DNA of 64,000 bases from Candidatus Bathyarchaeia archaeon (GTDB lineage: Archaea > Thermoproteota > Bathyarchaeia > 40CM-2-53-6). A program made the translations under genes and the position numbers. The notes beneath the pieces are model-generated. The model saw only the letters and a list, made by a program, of their open reading frames with translations, did no database searches and was not told where the DNA came from. This document shows, piece after piece, positions 21,421 to 32,032 of this stretch (positions are counted from its first letter, which is position 1; every line of letters starts with the position of its first letter). The stretch covers positions 128,001 through 192,000 of the forward strand of contig JBEKVV010000005.1 of assembly GCA_049513715.1 (NCBI GenBank), given 5' to 3'.

Positions 21421-21807
21421 CTAACGCCAGTGCGGGTAGGTCACGTAGAAGCCGCGGCCTCTGGTCGGGGAAGACCATTCAACCTTCAGGCCTTTCCTCT
21501 TTGGTATGTACACGACATCTCCAGCTTGAACCTCGGTTCTGGTCTCGCCCTCTTTCAACAGGAACGAGCCGTCAGTACAATAGATCACCGCGCAGTCGTT
21601 GTCATAGTCGAACTCGCACGGTTCGGATTTCACGACTTCTATTATACCCGCAGTTACTGGTGCATCTTGTTTCCTGTCGATCACATCGACGAGTTTCAAA
21701 TCGGCTTTTCCAGCTTCAAACCTCTCGGGAACAATACCCGACTTCTTAACTAGAACAACAGACAACGAATTCACCACAACAAGCATCTGTGTGGATGTAT
21801 TTAGCAT
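21421..21807 (-). CDS. EutQ-like cupin domain protein
   Basis: FDYDND.AVIY, AGDVVYIPK, FYVTYPHW; true start probably downstream of 21807. Confidence 0.75.
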   Translation of the reverse strand: MLNTSTQMLVVVNSLSVVLVKKSGIVPERFEAGKADLKLVDVIDRKQDAPVTAGIIEVVKSEPCEFDYDNDCAVIYCTDGSFLLKEGETRTEVQAGDVVYIPKRKGLKVEWSSPTRGRGFYVTYPHWR

Positions 21808-22088
21808 TTGACTAGTCTGGTCACGCGTTGAGCTAATCCAAAAGAAAACTTCGCACTCTCAAAATTGCAATTTCACAACACACGAAACGATCGAAAAACC
21901 TTCGTCAATCACACTCATCGTCATCAGCACGTGTCGATTGACCGGAATCAACAAAATTCATGAGAACGCACTAGAAGTGCCACTATGCGTGTTTTGCGCC
22001 AAGAAGCTATGCGTTATGGTCTTACAACCTACGCGGCAAAGTGTATGTATGACTAAAGCGCTACAATCTGTATTGTGGAGTGATTTGA

Positions 22089-22493
22089 ATGGCACAAGCT
22101 AAGCGGCTTACCGCTGCTGACATCATGACCCAACCCGTCGTGACCGGTGGGCCGTACGATGCTCTCACAAGAATCGCCGCTCAGATGCAACGGCACACAA
22201 TCGGATCGATCGTAATTGTGGAGAATCGAAAGATAGCTGGAATATTGACGGAAAGGGATTGTGTTCGGATAGTCGAGCAAGTGGGAGGGTTGCTTAGCAA
22301 GAATCAGGCCAAAGATCACATGACCAAACCGGTACTTACCGTGCAATCAGACACATCGGTGTCCGACGTCATCAAGCTCATGAGTGAAAAACACATTAGG
22401 CATCTCGTTGTGTTGGACAAGAAAGGCGACGTGGCGGGCATAATCAGTTCCCGAGATTTGATGAAGATCACAAAAGACGTTATGGCGATTTAG
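22089..22493 (+). CDS. CBS domain pair protein
   Basis: DIMTQPV, GILTERD, IRHLVV, GIISSRDL. Confidence 0.93.
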   Translation: MAQAKRLTAADIMTQPVVTGGPYDALTRIAAQMQRHTIGSIVIVENRKIAGILTERDCVRIVEQVGGLLSKNQAKDHMTKPVLTVQSDTSVSDVIKLMSEKHIRHLVVLDKKGDVAGIISSRDLMKITKDVMAI

Positions 22494-22623
22494 CAAAATC
22501 CGATCTAGAATCATTTAACGAGAGAAGCGAAAGGAACTGCGTTCCAACACCCTCTCATTTCGTTACGGCCCAACGCGTTTAGCGACTGCCTGGAATGCGC
22601 CTGCGTCGGCAGTGTTTACTGTG

Positions 22624-23253
22624 TCACCGCGATTTGCCCGGTGACATTTTCGGGAGGAAGCGTCCGACATTTTTCTTGTACTCAACGTACCCATCTCCGA
22701 ATCTCGTCTCCAGCATCTTTTCTTCGCTATGCGTTATCAGCACGTAGCCTGGAATAGCGATTAAGGGGATTAGAGCGAAGGCATTATGCCACATTAGCAG
22801 GAACCCGATGAACATTAAGAAATACGCCAGGTATGAAGGATGTCTAACGTAGCGGTAGGGGCCCCAATCCACAAGCTTATGACCCACTGGCATCTGCCAC
22901 GACGTAGCATACCGCCCTCTAGCCACAACGCTCCAGATGAAAATCAAATACCCAAGAACCATGACGAACGATCCGAAAGGCTCCAACAGACCCATTCCGA
23001 ATGTGCCGAAATCAAGGAAACTGAAAAGCGAGTTTCTAGAGTAACCCAAGAACACATAGAGAAAGGACTCGAAGAAGAACGCAACTGTTCCTGCTCCAGC
23101 CAGCACCAAGGAACCCGCGATTTGCCTCTCGATCTCAGGTTTTGCGGATCTACCCGAACGGCTCCTGTGATAACGCAAGAGATTGTCCAGATTGATGGCT
23201 GTGAAAAGCACCAGACATCCCGCTACGATAATGACGTTAAGTAGAGGAATCAT
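22624..23253 (-). CDS. Isoprenylcysteine carboxylmethyltransferase (ICMT/PEMT) family membrane protein
   Basis: GPYRYVRHPSY, EEKML..FG..Y.EY. Confidence 0.9.
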   Translation of the reverse strand: MIPLLNVIIVAGCLVLFTAINLDNLLRYHRSRSGRSAKPEIERQIAGSLVLAGAGTVAFFFESFLYVFLGYSRNSLFSFLDFGTFGMGLLEPFGSFVMVLGYLIFIWSVVARGRYATSWQMPVGHKLVDWGPYRYVRHPSYLAYFLMFIGFLLMWHNAFALIPLIAIPGYVLITHSEEKMLETRFGDGYVEYKKNVGRFLPKMSPGKSR

Positions 23254-23404
23254 TGTACGACACTTTTTGCAGGACCGTTTCAGAGGACAGTTCGATTATC
23301 TGACGAGCCTATACATTAAAGGAGCTCTGATGCGAGAGGCTGTTCAGCGGATAGCCCCCGCAGGAACACCTATCTTCAAGAGCTTTGAACGCAGCTTGAC
23401 AAAA

Positions 23405-23818
23405 TTGTCGTTCGAACTTCGCACGGTCTATTACATAACGAAAGGGCTAGTCTGGGGAATCGTTGCTATTCTTGTTGCAGTCCTCGCGTTGCTTGTCTTC
23501 ACAATTGTGGTGCCTGTCTGGCTGCGAAGCCTTCTTGCGGCAAGTTCCTCCCAAAATGAAACGGTAATGGTACTTGTTGCGTTGAGTCAAGAGCGTGGTC
23601 TTGTAGGTCTCGCGTCATTGATGTTCGTTTTGGTGATTGTCGTGATTTTCATCGGAATAATCGCCTCAATTGTCATCGGAGTTTTCGGGACAAAGCCGCT
23701 GAGTCAAGTGAAGGGGGCGGATGAAGCGTCCGAGACCCTGAAACTACGTTACGCGAAAGGAGAAATCACAAAAGCGCAGTTCCTCGAAATGAAGAAAACT
23801 CTAGAAAAGGGCGAATGA
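23405..23818 (+). CDS. Membrane protein with C-terminal SHOCT domain
   Basis: Two TM helices; LKLRYAKGEITKAQFLEMKK; start uncertain (ORF open from 23183). Confidence 0.7.
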   Translation: MSFELRTVYYITKGLVWGIVAILVAVLALLVFTIVVPVWLRSLLAASSSQNETVMVLVALSQERGLVGLASLMFVLVIVVIFIGIIASIVIGVFGTKPLSQVKGADEASETLKLRYAKGEITKAQFLEMKKTLEKGE

Positions 23819-23838
23819 CAACCCCGAGCCTTAGCTAC

Positions 23839-24651
23839 CTAGACTTCTCTCCATCTCGCCTTGCTTCTCGCAACTAGGAACAGTGCTACAGTTACAGCGA
23901 TCAGAATCATCCAGTCAAGAGCAGTCGCGGTGGATGACACAGCCAGATATCCGGCAGCACCCTGAGCGAGTTCTGCAGCGTACGTGGTCGGAGACAAGTA
24001 AGCGAAGTACCTGTACGGAAGCGGAATGTAAGTGATCGGATAATAGACAGGCGGTATCGTCGAGAAAAGAGTTGAAACAAGTCTCGAAAAGGCAAAGCTC
24101 TGAACAATGTCGGTCGAGAATGTTGAAAGAGTGAAACCGATTGCGACTGAAGTTAGGAACATCAAAAGAAGCACTCCCGCAAAGGCCATTGCCCCAATCG
24201 CGCTCAAATCCATGAAGTAATGCGCAAGAACCCCGAGCACGATGAGTGCAGGGAAAGAATAGACAATCTCCGAAATCGCCATACCAAACATGTAAGTCTG
24301 CCAGGCAGTTGGGGAACTAACCACCATGTCTTGGAGCTTGAAATCGTTCTTCAAATGCGAAAGATCTCCCTGAAGTCCCACACCGGCCGAGAACATGGTC
24401 ATAATGAACCCGCCCTCTATGGCCTCTCCAATTAGGGCTCCATGACTCACGAACACAATCACAAGCAGAAACGAGAGGGGAGAGAGAACTGTGTTGATTA
24501 GAACAATAGGATAATTCCTCATTTCAAAAATTGAATTGACGAGTATGGCAGCCAAGATTTGGCTGAACCTGTTCCTCTTCTGCACAGAACTCTTTTCGTC
24601 AGACAATTCAACTGCCTCCTTTTCGACTCGCAAGGTAGAAGAATATGTCAT
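23839..24651 (-). CDS. ABC-2 type transporter permease
   Basis: Multiple TMs, PPVYYPI, LSPTTYAA; follows ATPase. Confidence 0.88.
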   Translation of the reverse strand: MTYSSTLRVEKEAVELSDEKSSVQKRNRFSQILAAILVNSIFEMRNYPIVLINTVLSPLSFLLVIVFVSHGALIGEAIEGGFIMTMFSAGVGLQGDLSHLKNDFKLQDMVVSSPTAWQTYMFGMAISEIVYSFPALIVLGVLAHYFMDLSAIGAMAFAGVLLLMFLTSVAIGFTLSTFSTDIVQSFAFSRLVSTLFSTIPPVYYPITYIPLPYRYFAYLSPTTYAAELAQGAAGYLAVSSTATALDWMILIAVTVALFLVARSKARWREV

Positions 24652-25522
24652 CGAGTGAGACAGGATTAATTGTGAATTTGACCCCGCTCTTTGCGAGCTC
24701 CCTGGAGATCCTGAAAGCCTCTTCTTCGACTGTAAGGATCCTTACATTGCCATCCATTCCGGTAATCACCTCGCCTTTCTCCAGAGCCGGAATACTGGGC
24801 GCGGGCCTTGAGAGAAGCCTCATACTGTAGTTGTAGTTCACACTCTTCCGCAATTCTTCTAACGTTCCAATCCGGATGAGCTTACCACGGTCCAGTATGC
24901 CAATATGATCGGCCAGCCGCTCTGCCTCTTCCAAGTAGTGCGTCGTAAGGAACGTAAAGCGCTCCTTTCCGATCTCTCTGAGAGTCTCCCAGAACTCTCT
25001 TCTCGAAATCGGGTCGAGCCCTGTGGTCGGCTCGTCTAAGAAAATCACTTCAGCTTCTGAGGCTAGAACTGTAGCAACCATGACTTTTCTTCTCATTCCA
25101 CCGGAGAGTTTGCGGTTGAGTTGGTCGGATGAGCCACCGAGATCTAACCTTTCAAGTGCTCGCCTCGCCCTGCGCTTTGCTTCACCGTAGCCGAACCCTC
25201 TCCAAAGAAGATATGAGAAGACTGTCTGCATCGGGGTCATCCAAGGTATCGGCCTGGCTTCCTGGGGCACAATGGCAATTCTCTCTCTGACCCTGCGTGC
25301 CTCCTTCACAACATCCATCCCGTTTATTGTAGCAGATCCGGATGTTGGCTCAAGCTCCGTTGCCAAAATTCGCACAAGCGTGGTCTTCCCCGAACCATTC
25401 CTGCCTATCAGCACGAATATGCCACGGGAAGCCAAAGAGAAGCTCGCAGAATCGAGCGCCTTGGTTTTGCTATTCCCGTAGACTTTGGTCAGGTGATCAC
25501 ATACAACCTGCCCACTGCTCAT
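24608..25522 (-). CDS. ABC transporter ATP-binding protein
   Basis: GRNGSGKTT, LSGGMRRK, LDEPTTGLD; ATG 25522 has purine-rich RBS. Confidence 0.93.
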   Translation of the reverse strand: MSSGQVVCDHLTKVYGNSKTKALDSASFSLASRGIFVLIGRNGSGKTTLVRILATELEPTSGSATINGMDVVKEARRVRERIAIVPQEARPIPWMTPMQTVFSYLLWRGFGYGEAKRRARRALERLDLGGSSDQLNRKLSGGMRRKVMVATVLASEAEVIFLDEPTTGLDPISRREFWETLREIGKERFTFLTTHYLEEAERLADHIGILDRGKLIRIGTLEELRKSVNYNYSMRLLSRPAPSIPALEKGEVITGMDGNVRILTVEEEAFRISRELAKSGVKFTINPVSLDDIFFYLASRKGGS

Positions 25523-25639
25523 TTCCTTCTCCCCCTTGAAGCAACCGTTGGATTGGTGCGTCATAGGATTTGCTGAAACGGAAAGAGACATTCGAAGGGC
25601 TTAACCATGCCAACTGCGCACGATAAATAGGGGGTCCAT

Positions 25640-26650
25640 TTGCCGTACTTCAATTCAGTTGGTGTCGGGTTCGAGGAATACGAGGACTCACATGAATTTC
25701 TGAATCTGGTCAGGCTCACAGACAAAGCGAACTTTTCAAGCCTATGGATTCAGGAAGGAAGCCAAAGAAGCTCACTGTCGTTGGCGGCGCTTGCCCTTAA
25801 CTCAACTGTTCGGATCAAAGTGGGCGTCGGCGTAACCAGCCCCCTTAGAAGACATCCGCAGATTCTCGCCATTGAAGCAGCAACACTCAATGAAATATCC
25901 GGTGGGCGGTTTATTCTGGGATTGGGAGTTGCGTCCTCTGCGATCACAAACTACGGGCTGGAAATAAGACCGATACCTGCCATGCGGGATACGTTCCGAA
26001 TTGTCAGAGGGCTCCTTTCAGATGAGCCATCGCAGTTTTCCTACAACGGTGAGGCATTCTCACTTAAGGCACCCCAAAAACGATTGATGATGCCTCGCGT
26101 TCCCATTTACTTTGGCGGGATTGGCCCACGAATGCTCGATCTTGCTGGGAAGGTAGCGGATGGACTAGTTTTGACGAGGAGAGGTTCATTTTCTGTTGAA
26201 TACGCAAAGTACGCGATTGAGCGAGTAGTCAAGAGCGCGAAGAGCCACAAACGAGACCCAAGCAAGATTGATTTTCTCGCATTCTTTGAGACTTGCATTT
26301 CAGAGAATGAGAACTCAGCCATACAATTTGCAAAGAGAATACTTGGAACCTATACAATTCCTCAGACTCCGAGCTTTGTTTCAAGCCTGGCCGGCATCCA
26401 AGATGGCGAAATCATGGCCGTGAAAGAAAGGTATCTGCATGGAGACTTTGCAGGTGCAATTGAGGCTGTTACGGATGAGATGGTCGCCAAGTTTGCTGTC
26501 GCTGGCACGCCATCCCAATGTTTGGAGAAGCTTGCGAAGTTCACCGAAACCGGCTTGAAGACGCCCATTCTGTACATCCATGGGCCAGACAAGAAGATAG
26601 CCGCGAAATTAGCGACCGAACAAATCGTTCCAAAACTCATACGCCAATAA
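25640..26650 (+). CDS. LLM-class (Mer-like, probably F420-dependent) oxidoreductase
   Basis: ATLNEISGGRFILGLG, PIYFGGIGPRMLDLAG.VADG. Confidence 0.9.
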   Translation: MPYFNSVGVGFEEYEDSHEFLNLVRLTDKANFSSLWIQEGSQRSSLSLAALALNSTVRIKVGVGVTSPLRRHPQILAIEAATLNEISGGRFILGLGVASSAITNYGLEIRPIPAMRDTFRIVRGLLSDEPSQFSYNGEAFSLKAPQKRLMMPRVPIYFGGIGPRMLDLAGKVADGLVLTRRGSFSVEYAKYAIERVVKSAKSHKRDPSKIDFLAFFETCISENENSAIQFAKRILGTYTIPQTPSFVSSLAGIQDGEIMAVKERYLHGDFAGAIEAVTDEMVAKFAVAGTPSQCLEKLAKFTETGLKTPILYIHGPDKKIAAKLATEQIVPKLIRQ

Positions 26651-26720
26651 GCCAAATTCATTTAGACCTTGAGCGCAATTCAACATCACAAAAGAGCAGG
26701 CTAGGTGTGCGAAAAAGCGA

Positions 26721-27104
26721 GTGATGTTGACTGGCATGGATTTGCCATCATTGAAGTCATGGCTCGATTCCTATGGCCGTGCCTGGGAGACCAAAAATCC
26801 GGAAGCGGCGGGAGTGCAGTTCACTGAGGATACCTCTTATCAAGAGTCGCCATACGATGAACCAATGCGCGGCCGGTCAGCAATAGTTGAGTACTGGTCT
26901 CACGTACAACGCACACAAGAAGACATTCATTTCAACCACGAAATAATCGTTCTTACAAGCCATGTTGCAACCGTTCATTGGACGGCATCATTCACACGTA
27001 CTCCATCAAAAGCCAAAGTGAAACTTGACGGGATTTTTCTACTGAATTTCGAAGGGAATCATTGCAGGAGCCTCCGGGAATGGTGGGTTAGGCGCGAGAT
27101 GTAG
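26721..27104 (+). CDS. NTF2/SnoaL-like protein
   Basis: YGRAWE, FTED..Y, GR.AI..YW, LREWW. Confidence 0.85.
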   Translation: MMLTGMDLPSLKSWLDSYGRAWETKNPEAAGVQFTEDTSYQESPYDEPMRGRSAIVEYWSHVQRTQEDIHFNHEIIVLTSHVATVHWTASFTRTPSKAKVKLDGIFLLNFEGNHCRSLREWWVRREM

Positions 27105-27185
27105 GCTACGCACACAGCCACGGTGTTCTATGCGATGACCGCGCACACTACATGATCCTGCGGGGACGATTAGATCAGTTTCGCC

Positions 27186-27986
27186 TCAGAGGAAGTCTCT
27201 CCTTCCACCATCGACCAAGAGGGTTTTGCCGGTGATGAATCGGGATTCGTCGCTCGCGAAGAACAGAACGGCAGCAGCGATGTCTTCTGGCTCACCGATC
27301 ATGCCCAACGAGGTGATCTTCTTCCTCGCCTCGAGAAACTCCACGTACTCTTGGTCGGTCATTTTCCCTTTCAGCATGTCAGTGTGAACAGCCCCGGGCG
27401 CCACACAATTCACATTAATGCCGTATTGTCCTAGTTCAAATGCCGCAGTCTTTGTCAACTGGATAACCGCCGCTTTCGACGTGGCGTATGCGGTTTCTCC
27501 CCATAGAGCGATACCGAATCCTGAGTTCGATGAAATGTTCACGATTTTCCCATAGTTTCTTTGCATCATGTGCTTTGCGGCTACTTGTGTGCAAAGAAAT
27601 ACGCCCTTGAGGTTCACGTTTAAGGTTCTGTCCCAGATTTCGTCAGTGGTCTCTAGAAGGCGCGTACCGAAATCGACGGCGGCGTTATTGACGAGAATGT
27701 CCACTGTGCCGAACTCGTCCAGAGTGGTCTTGATCATGACTTCAACCTCACTCCTGATTGAGACGTCGCATTTGACCGCGATGGCTCGCGCTTTCACGCC
27801 TCTTATCGCGTTAACGACCTCGTCTGCTTTCTCTTGATTCTTCTCATAGTTGACGACGACGCTGCAGCCCTCCCTGGCCAGGGCCAGAGCCGTTGCCCTG
27901 CCGATTCCGCGGGAACCCCCTGTGACTATGGCTGTTTTTCCATCAAAACGCATCTTGCGCACTTCATTGCGGATAGGCATCTTCAA
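27186..27986 (-). CDS. Short-chain dehydrogenase/reductase (FabG-like)
   Basis: TGGSRGIG, NNAA, YATSK, VNCVAPG, VDGG. Confidence 0.95.
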   Translation of the reverse strand: MKMPIRNEVRKMRFDGKTAIVTGGSRGIGRATALALAREGCSVVVNYEKNQEKADEVVNAIRGVKARAIAVKCDVSIRSEVEVMIKTTLDEFGTVDILVNNAAVDFGTRLLETTDEIWDRTLNVNLKGVFLCTQVAAKHMMQRNYGKIVNISSNSGFGIALWGETAYATSKAAVIQLTKTAAFELGQYGINVNCVAPGAVHTDMLKGKMTDQEYVEFLEARKKITSLGMIGEPEDIAAAVLFFASDESRFITGKTLLVDGGRRDFL

Positions 27987-28077
27987 TCACCAGGAGAGTT
28001 GACATTCGACCAGTTGAGGTCTCTATTCTTCAATTGCGGACGCCACTGCTTGTTCAGTCGGCGCTGGCAGGTTCGGA

Positions 28078-29163
28078 TCAGGCGGTTGCCAATTCCTTGA
28101 CGGTGGAGGCTATGGTTGCTCCAACTTGCTTCGTGCTAGAGGTCCCACCTAGATCAGGCGTTAGTGTGGTTCCTTCTTTGAGAAGTTTTCGTATTGCAGC
28201 AGTTGTCAGCTCAGAAGCGTGTTTCTCTCCCAGCCATTCAAGGAGTAGGGCAGTTGCATTCAGTATTGCTATTGGATTCGCGATTCCTTTGCCCGCAATG
28301 TCAGGTGCGGATCCGTGAACGGCTTCAAAGAGCCCGGCTTCTTCCCCCAGATTGGCACTACCGGCAAGGCCCAGCCCGCCTACAGTGGCTGATGCGAGGT
28401 CGCTCAAGATGTCGCCGGTATAATTCTCTGTGACTAGAACGTTCAACTTCTCAGGAGAAAACAGCATTTGCTGAGTGATGGCGTCGGCGTACATGTAGTC
28501 CCTTTGGATGTCTTGATACTCTTGTGCTACCTCGTCGAATTTTGACCGAAAGAAGGCGAAGCTTCTGAGAACGTTGCTTTTGTCAACGCACGTAACCCTC
28601 CTCTTTCCGTCGTGAGGCGAACCTTTGCTATTTCTAGACAACTCGAAGGCTTTTCTCACTACACGCTTGACGCCGTTCTTTGTCATTACAAGGGGGTCCA
28701 CTGCAATCTCATCACGAAGAATTCCTGACCTGTGAGCTGCATAGAGGCCTTCGGTGTTCTCTCGGACTATAGTGTAGTTGATTTGACCTGGTTTCTTGCC
28801 TGTGAGGACCGTTCTCACGCCATCATTCAGTACAATGGGCCTAATGTTGGCGTAGAGATCTAACTCAAACCTTAGACAGAGCTCGATGCCGATTCCCACT
28901 TCTGTGCCGTCATCGTACCTGATGTTGGGCAGTCCAACCGGACCTTTCAGAATCGCGTCTGCCTTCGAACAGACCGATAGGTCGTCCTTCGAGATGCTCG
29001 TTCCCGTTTCGAGGTAATGTTGTGCTCCGAGAGGGATTTCAGTAAACTCCAATTCAAGGTTGTTCACGCTATCCCGCAGGGCCTCTAATACTCGCAATGC
29101 TTCAGGCATTATTTCCGGCCCCACGCCGTCTCCTTGAATCACAACTATCTTGTAGCTACCCAA
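28078..29163 (-). CDS. Isocitrate/isopropylmalate/tartrate dehydrogenase family protein
   Basis: GDGVGPEI, RENTEGLY, DKSNVL, GDILSDL, FEAVHGSAPDIAGKG. Confidence 0.93.
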   Translation of the reverse strand: MGSYKIVVIQGDGVGPEIMPEALRVLEALRDSVNNLELEFTEIPLGAQHYLETGTSISKDDLSVCSKADAILKGPVGLPNIRYDDGTEVGIGIELCLRFELDLYANIRPIVLNDGVRTVLTGKKPGQINYTIVRENTEGLYAAHRSGILRDEIAVDPLVMTKNGVKRVVRKAFELSRNSKGSPHDGKRRVTCVDKSNVLRSFAFFRSKFDEVAQEYQDIQRDYMYADAITQQMLFSPEKLNVLVTENYTGDILSDLASATVGGLGLAGSANLGEEAGLFEAVHGSAPDIAGKGIANPIAILNATALLLEWLGEKHASELTTAAIRKLLKEGTTLTPDLGGTSSTKQVGATIASTVKELATA

Positions 29164-29337
29164 ACTGGGCCAATCTCCCCAAATCAAACCCCATTGCTCA
29201 CTGCCTACAAATCAATTTTGGCCGTATAGAAATCATGAGAACATCACGAAATTCCAGTGCACGGCGCGAGAAATAACGGGTGAGTGGGAGTGGTTTTAGG
29301 GGTTCCTTAGTTCGCGAAGGATAGGGTGGGCCACACC

Positions 29338-30231
29338 CTACAGCACCCGGTCGTACTTTCTGAGAACGGTTGGTAAAGCCTCGATGAGATCTGAGGCGAC
29401 CATATGGAAACCCTTCTCCCTGCGAACAAGGTCTCCAGCTAGCCCATGAACATATGCTCCAGCAGCTGCTGCGAAGAGGGACTCTGCACCTTGGGCCAGA
29501 AAGGCACCAATAATACCTGACAGAACATCGCCCATCCCACCAGTAGCCATCCCTGGATTGCCTGTTCTGTTAATTCTCACGCGCCGCCCGTCTGTAACCA
29601 CCGTATCGCGACCTTTCAAGAGAAGCACGCACGAAAATTCCGCGGCGAATCTAGTGCAAATAGGCAAGCGTTCACGCCAAGTTGGAGGCGCGTCGATTCC
29701 GGAGATTGCTCTGAACTCTCCCGCGTGCGGAGTGATAATTGCGTTTGCCCGTTTCAAAATGCCAGCTCGCCCGTTGAGGGCTTTAATCGCGTCCGCATCG
29801 ATGAGGATAGGCTTCTTCATTCTGATCGCTGACTCAACCATCAAAGGAACGGCCCGCTTAGTCTTCGCGTGGAGACCGATTCCAGGGCCCAATACGAGAG
29901 CATCTGATCTTCCAAGCAGCTGGACTACCTTGGGCACATCATCGGATGTGATCACATCGCTCTTGAGTGAATGCACAATGAGGTTTGGGGAATAGGATCT
30001 TATGGTTCCCGCAACTCCTTTTGGTGCTGCTATGATTGCAAGCCCTGTTCCTGTCCTGAGGGCGGCCATTCCAGCCAAGGCGGGAGCACCAGAGTAAACG
30101 TCACTGCCCCCAACAATCAGGAGCCAGCCAAAATCACCTTTGTGGGAGTATACCGACCTTGCTTTCACTACTTGTTTGACATCTGCTGGGCCGGAAAATG
30201 TTGGATTTGTCATGGGGCTACACAGATTCAT
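29338..30231 (-). CDS. nnrD: ADP-dependent NAD(P)H-hydrate dehydratase (stand-alone)
   Basis: HKGDFG, YSGAP, GPGIG, DADA, TPHAGEF, TGGMGDVLSG. Confidence 0.92.
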   Translation of the reverse strand: MNLCSPMTNPTFSGPADVKQVVKARSVYSHKGDFGWLLIVGGSDVYSGAPALAGMAALRTGTGLAIIAAPKGVAGTIRSYSPNLIVHSLKSDVITSDDVPKVVQLLGRSDALVLGPGIGLHAKTKRAVPLMVESAIRMKKPILIDADAIKALNGRAGILKRANAIITPHAGEFRAISGIDAPPTWRERLPICTRFAAEFSCVLLLKGRDTVVTDGRRVRINRTGNPGMATGGMGDVLSGIIGAFLAQGAESLFAAAAGAYVHGLAGDLVRREKGFHMVASDLIEALPTVLRKYDRVL

Positions 30232-30332
30232 TTGTGCGTATTAGAAACAGCGCTTCCTCCACCATGGTACAGCAGGCTCTCTACAAATGAACTAGGTGAA
30301 GAGCCATCACGATTCCTCGATAAGCCCTTCTT

Positions 30333-31478
30333 CTAACTGAACCAAGCTGACATTCTTTCTGTCAGGAACCGATGCTTCTCCAGATATCCTTCAGCGGAAG
30401 GAGGTGTGAACTCCCATGTTGGTGCCGGTTGCTCGTAGAAGTTTGCGCGAACTGGTGCGGCTTTTCCGTCCCCAACCTCCATGATGCACACTCCTGCCCC
30501 ATCAAACTTGGCAGAAGGTTGTTTGCCCTGAATCTCACTGATTATGTTCTCAGCTGCCACCTTGCCTTGCTCCTCTGCTAGGTTGCCCGCTCTAGGAAGC
30601 ATTAGCCCCTTCGGCACTTTTGTGCCGGCGCAGTCTCCCACCGCGAAAACACCCGGTGCAGCCGTACTCATGGTAGCGGAGTCGACAGGAACCCAACCTG
30701 ACTGATCAACAAGGCCGGAATCCTTCAAGACCCGTGGAGCTACATGAACGGGAATCGCAAAAACCAAATCGTGCTCAATCTCCGCCGATTCAGTCAGAAC
30801 ACTCTTGCCGCGAATTTCCATAATTTTCTGAGCAGGGTGATATTCTATTCCACGTTCTGCCAAGAGACTAGTGACCTTCTTCCCCGCTTCCGGGCCGAGT
30901 ATCGTTAGCGGATGTTGTTCAGGCGTGATGACTTGAAGCTTGACGTTTTTCCTTACATTTCTCTTGCGGAGGACATCATCGATGATCATCGCAGCCTCGT
31001 ACGGTGCGGGCGGACATTTGAAAGGAAGCCCGCAGATTAGGATGGTCAAGGTTCCATTGTCGAATGACCGCAACTTATCCCTGATCTGAGAGCACCCACT
31101 TTCTGTGTAGAGGTTAGTGGCATATTTCTGAAATCCTGGAGTGGACTCTGGAGAATAATCAGCTCCAAGAGCAATTATCAGGTAGTCGTATGAGAGTTTG
31201 TGTTTTCCAACGTTCACTTGTTTATCGTTGGGCCTTATTGCGGTGATCTCACCCTCGATGAAATCGATGCCGCGTTTGACCATGGCGTTACGATCGCCAG
31301 CGTTTTCACCCACCCGCCGTCTGCCATCAAGAATCCACAGTTTCGTTAAGCCCATGAAGAAAAGTGTCTGCCTGTCAACCAAGGTCACCTTGCTATCTGA
31401 CCCAAGGCTTCTGCGAAATGTGTTCGCTGCCGCAAGCCCTCCGAACCCTCCGCCGAGTATCAGTATGTGCTTAGTCAC
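30333..31478 (-). CDS. FAD-dependent pyridine-nucleotide-disulfide oxidoreductase, sulfide:quinone/FCSD-like
   Basis: GGGFGG, KCPPAPYE, FAVGD, C-terminal Cys (GVCIME). Confidence 0.85.
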   Translation of the reverse strand: MTKHILILGGGFGGLAAANTFRRSLGSDSKVTLVDRQTLFFMGLTKLWILDGRRRVGENAGDRNAMVKRGIDFIEGEITAIRPNDKQVNVGKHKLSYDYLIIALGADYSPESTPGFQKYATNLYTESGCSQIRDKLRSFDNGTLTILICGLPFKCPPAPYEAAMIIDDVLRKRNVRKNVKLQVITPEQHPLTILGPEAGKKVTSLLAERGIEYHPAQKIMEIRGKSVLTESAEIEHDLVFAIPVHVAPRVLKDSGLVDQSGWVPVDSATMSTAAPGVFAVGDCAGTKVPKGLMLPRAGNLAEEQGKVAAENIISEIQGKQPSAKFDGAGVCIMEVGDGKAAPVRANFYEQPAPTWEFTPPSAEGYLEKHRFLTERMSAWFS

Positions 31479-31741
31479 GATCGTTCAAGGACAGTATAGC
31501 TCAAGCATTTAGAAAGCTTTCTTGAAGCGGTGAAATTTCAGGCACGGCCTGTGCGCAAGACCATTCCGTTCTTAGTGCCGCAATCAAAGTGATAATTGGA
31601 CCGGGAAGTGAATATCGCCCGCGATTCGCCACTCAATCCTGTACCTGTACAGTCAGGAACGATAACTTTGATTTAGCCCCAATTCAGCCATTTTAGGGGT
31701 TATGAACCACTAGGTGGAATAGTGGAGCTTGTTCCACCCTG

Positions 31742-31756
31742 CTTTAAGTATAAAGT
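31742..31756 (+). promoter_or_regulatory. Putative archaeal TATA box
   Basis: CTTTAAGTATAAAGT upstream of the small ORF at 31800. Confidence 0.4.
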
Positions 31757-31799
31757 ACCCCAAGCTGTCTGTTGAAAGCGAAAGGGTGGTGAATTGAAG

Positions 31800-31883
31800 A
31801 TGGCGAAGAAACGCAAGGTCAAGATGCGAGTTAACGCAGACGCTCCAAGATCCGAGAAGGGCAGCAGCGAATACGTAGCATAA
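31800..31883 (+). CDS. Small basic peptide (27 aa)
   Basis: MAKKRKVKMRVNADAPRSEKGSSEYVA; GGTGGTGA RBS 7 nt upstream. Confidence 0.55.
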   Translation: MAKKRKVKMRVNADAPRSEKGSSEYVA

Positions 31884-31911
31884 GCCCAACGAGGCTAATG
31901 CTGCTTGGACG

Positions 31912-31947
31912 AGGTTCCTTCGGGAACCTTCCCGATTTACCCTTTTT
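31912..31947 (+). terminator. UUCG-tetraloop hairpin followed by pyrimidine/T tract
   Basis: AGGTTCC-TTCG-GGAACCT, then CCCTTTTT. Confidence 0.55.
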
Positions 31948-32032
31948 CCGGTAAACCCATGAGTTTCTAGCGTGCAGGTTTCATGTTGCCTGCAACTAAG
32001 TTGAGGCGTTTAAGTTCAGAGACGTGGGATTT

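Noticed and set aside
31800..31930. tmRNA-like tag (ADAP...EYVA* with stop codon in a hairpin)
   Set aside because: No tRNA-Ala-like domain, the ORF has its own RBS and ATG, and tmRNA is not established in archaea.
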